DNA of 64,000 nucleotides from Escherichia coli (GTDB taxonomy: Bacteria; Pseudomonadota; Gammaproteobacteria; Enterobacterales; Enterobacteriaceae): NCBI RefSeq assembly GCF_003334255.1, contig NZ_QOWU01000023.1, one strand, 5' to 3'. Position numbers and translations under genes: made by a program. Under the pieces are notes generated by a model that saw only the letters and a program-made list of their open reading frames with translations, made no database searches and was not told where the DNA came from. Of the stretch, positions 61,724 to 64,000 are shown piece after piece. How positions within the stretch are numbered: position 1 is the first letter of the stretch; every line of letters starts with the position of its first letter.

Positions 61724-63142
61724 ATGGTAAACCTGGTCATAGTTTCACATAGCAGCCGACTGGGAGAAGGTGTCGGTGAATTAGCCCGTCAGATGTTAAT
61801 GAGTGATAGTTGTAAAATCGCCATTGCCGCGGGAATTGACGATCCACAAAATCCCATTGGTACCGATGCCGTCAAAGTGATGGAGGCCATCGAATCTGTT
61901 GCTGATGCCGACCATGTGCTGGTCATGATGGATATGGGTAGCGCATTATTGAGTGCTGAAACTGCGCTGGAATTGCTGGCTCCCGAGATCGCCGCAAAAG
62001 TACGTTTGTGTGCTGCGCCGTTGGTCGAAGGTACACTGGCAGCAACGGTCAGCGCGGCCTCGGGGGCGGATATCGACAAAGTTATCTTTGACGCCATGCA
62101 TGCGCTGGAAGCCAAACGTGAACAACTGGGTTTACCGTCCTCCGACACTGAAATCTCTGACACATGTCCTGCGTACGATGAAGAAGCCCGTTCTCTGGCG
62201 GTGGTCATAAAAAACCGTAACGGCCTGCATGTACGTCCGGCCTCCCGGCTGGTTTATACCTTATCGACATTTAATGCCGATATGTTGCTGGAAAAAAACG
62301 GCAAATGCGTCACACCAGAGAGTATTAACCAGATTGCGTTACTACAAGTTCGCTATAACGATACGCTGCGCCTGATTGCGAAAGGGCCAGAAGCTGAAGA
62401 GGCACTGATCGCTTTCCGTCAGCTGGCTGAAGATAACTTTGGTGAAACGGAGGAAGTCGCTCCACCTACTCTGCGTCCCGTTCCGCCTGTTTCGGGTAAA
62501 GCCTTTTATTATCAACCAGTTTTATGTACGGTACAGGCAAAATCAACCCTGACCGTGGAAGAAGAACAAGATCGATTACGCCAGGCTATTGACTTCACGT
62601 TATTAGATCTGATGACGTTAACAGCGAAAGCAGAAGCCAGCGGGCTTGACGATATTGCCGCAATCTTTTCTGGTCACCATACACTGTTAGATGATCCGGA
62701 ACTGCTGGCGGCGGCAAGCGAACTCCTTCAGCATGAACATTGCACGGCAGAATATGCCTGGCAGCAAGTTCTTAAAGAACTTAGCCAGCAATACCAGCAA
62801 CTGGATGATGAATATCTACAAGCTCGCTATATTGATGTGGACGATCTTCTGCATCGCACCCTGGTCCACCTGACCCAAACGAAAGAAGAACTCCCGCAGT
62901 TTAACTCGCCAACTATTCTACTGGCGGAGAACATTTATCCTTCCACAGTACTGCAACTGGATCCGGCGGTTGTAAAAGGTATCTGCCTTAGCGCCGGAAG
63001 TCCGGTATCCCACAGCGCCCTAATCGCCCGTGAACTGGGGATTGGCTGGATTTGCCAGCAGGGTGAGAAACTGTATGCGATACAACCAGAAGAAACGCTA
63101 ACGCTGGACGTTAAAACGCAACGTTTCAACCGTCAGGGTTAA
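61724..63142 (+). CDS. dhaM: PTS-dependent dihydroxyacetone kinase phosphotransferase subunit DhaM (472 aa)
   Basis: Starts MVNLVIVSHS; multidomain protein of EIIA-, HPr- and EI-like parts. Confidence 0.9.
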   Translation: MVNLVIVSHSSRLGEGVGELARQMLMSDSCKIAIAAGIDDPQNPIGTDAVKVMEAIESVADADHVLVMMDMGSALLSAETALELLAPEIAAKVRLCAAPLVEGTLAATVSAASGADIDKVIFDAMHALEAKREQLGLPSSDTEISDTCPAYDEEARSLAVVIKNRNGLHVRPASRLVYTLSTFNADMLLEKNGKCVTPESINQIALLQVRYNDTLRLIAKGPEAEEALIAFRQLAEDNFGETEEVAPPTLRPVPPVSGKAFYYQPVLCTVQAKSTLTVEEEQDRLRQAIDFTLLDLMTLTAKAEASGLDDIAAIFSGHHTLLDDPELLAAASELLQHEHCTAEYAWQQVLKELSQQYQQLDDEYLQARYIDVDDLLHRTLVHLTQTKEELPQFNSPTILLAENIYPSTVLQLDPAVVKGICLSAGSPVSHSALIARELGIGWICQQGEKLYAIQPEETLTLDVKTQRFNRQG

Positions 63143-63461
63143 GCCACTGTTCGGATGGCATCGTTCTGATGTCATCCGGCAATTTACTCAGCACTAATGG
63201 TTTTTAACTACCTGTTATATTTTTCACCAATTTATGATGATTTTTCTTCGCTAATCACGAACCCAACGCCGCTGGCTGGCTAATAAACAGACGTTATTTG
63301 ATCACTCTATTTCGCCGTTATTTATCCCTTTAATTCCCTTTTCTAAAATGCCTGACAGTTCGCAGAATGAGATTTCGATCATGCAGCTAGTGCGATCCTG
63401 AACTAAGGTTTTCTGATACTTGAATACCGTTTTATTCGGTTTCGCCAAAGGAGAATGATTG

Positions 63462-63924
63462 ATGAAATCCCCCGCACCTTCTCGCCCGCAAAAAATGGCG
63501 TTAATTCCAGCCTGTATCTTTTTGTGTTTCGCTGCGCTATCGGTGCAGGCAGAAGAAACACCGGTAACACCACAGCCGCCTGATATTTTATTAGGGCCGC
63601 TGTTTAATGATGTGCAAAACGCCAAACTTTTTCCGGACCAAAAAACCTTTGCCGATGCCGTGCCGAACAGCGATCCGCTGATGATCCTTGCTGATTATCG
63701 GATGCAGCAAAACCAGAGCGGATTTGATCTGCGCCATTTCGTTAACGTCAATTTCACCCTGCCGAAAGAAGGCGAGAAATATGTTCCGCCAGAGGGGCAG
63801 TCACTGCGCGAACATATTGACGGACTTTGGCCGGTATTAACGCGTTCTACCGAAAACACCGAAAAATGGGATTCTCTGTTACCGCTGCCGGAACCTTATG
63901 TCGTGCCGGGCGGACGCTTTCGCG
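63462..63924 (+). pseudogene. treA: Periplasmic trehalase TreA, interrupted after about codon 154 by IS1
   Basis: [30 protein letters not shown] signal peptide; the reading frame runs into the IS1 end at 63925 and stops immediately. Confidence 0.8.
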
Positions 63925-64000
63925 GGTAATGACTCCAACTTATTGATAGTGTTTTATGTTCAGATAATGCCCGATGACTTTGTCATGCAGCTCCACCGAT
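63925..64000 (-). mobile_element. IS1 end (terminal inverted repeat plus first ~50 bp), element continues beyond the window
   Basis: GGTAATGACTCCAACTTATTGATAGTGTTTTATGTTCAGATAATGCCCGATGAC matches the IS1 terminus as I recall it. Confidence 0.85.

Overview
This window is Escherichia coli core chromosome, K-12-like, running in reverse orientation to the usual K-12 map (yciB/tonB end first, treA end last). I recognise the gene order yciB-yciA-tonB-yciI-kch-clsA-yciU-oppFDCBA-ychE-adhE-insZ(pseudo)-tdk-hns-galU-rssBA-ychJ-purU-tRNA-Tyr array-narIJHG-narK-narXL-ychO-ychN-chaCBA-ldr/rdl-kdsA-sirB1-sirB2-prmC-prfA-hemA-lolB-ispE-prs-dauA-ychH-pth-ychF-ycgV-dhaR-dhaKLM-treA. Calls rest on protein motifs visible in the translations, ORF lengths and synteny; no database search was possible. 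I found no evidence of a novel multi-gene system: nearly every ORF longer than 100 aa is a known housekeeping, transport or respiration gene. The most interesting content is structural, in four places. (1) Three tandem tRNA-Tyr genes sit where I recall two in reference K-12, followed by three 178-bp repeats. (2) A single ldr/rdl type I toxin-antitoxin unit lies between chaA and kdsA, missed by the ORF track, where K-12 carries three. (3) An IS1 end interrupts treA at the window edge. (4) A decayed IS4-family transposase (insZ) lies between adhE and tdk. All comparisons to the reference are from memory and need an alignment to confirm. Several long antisense ORFs in the track are judged to be artefacts.
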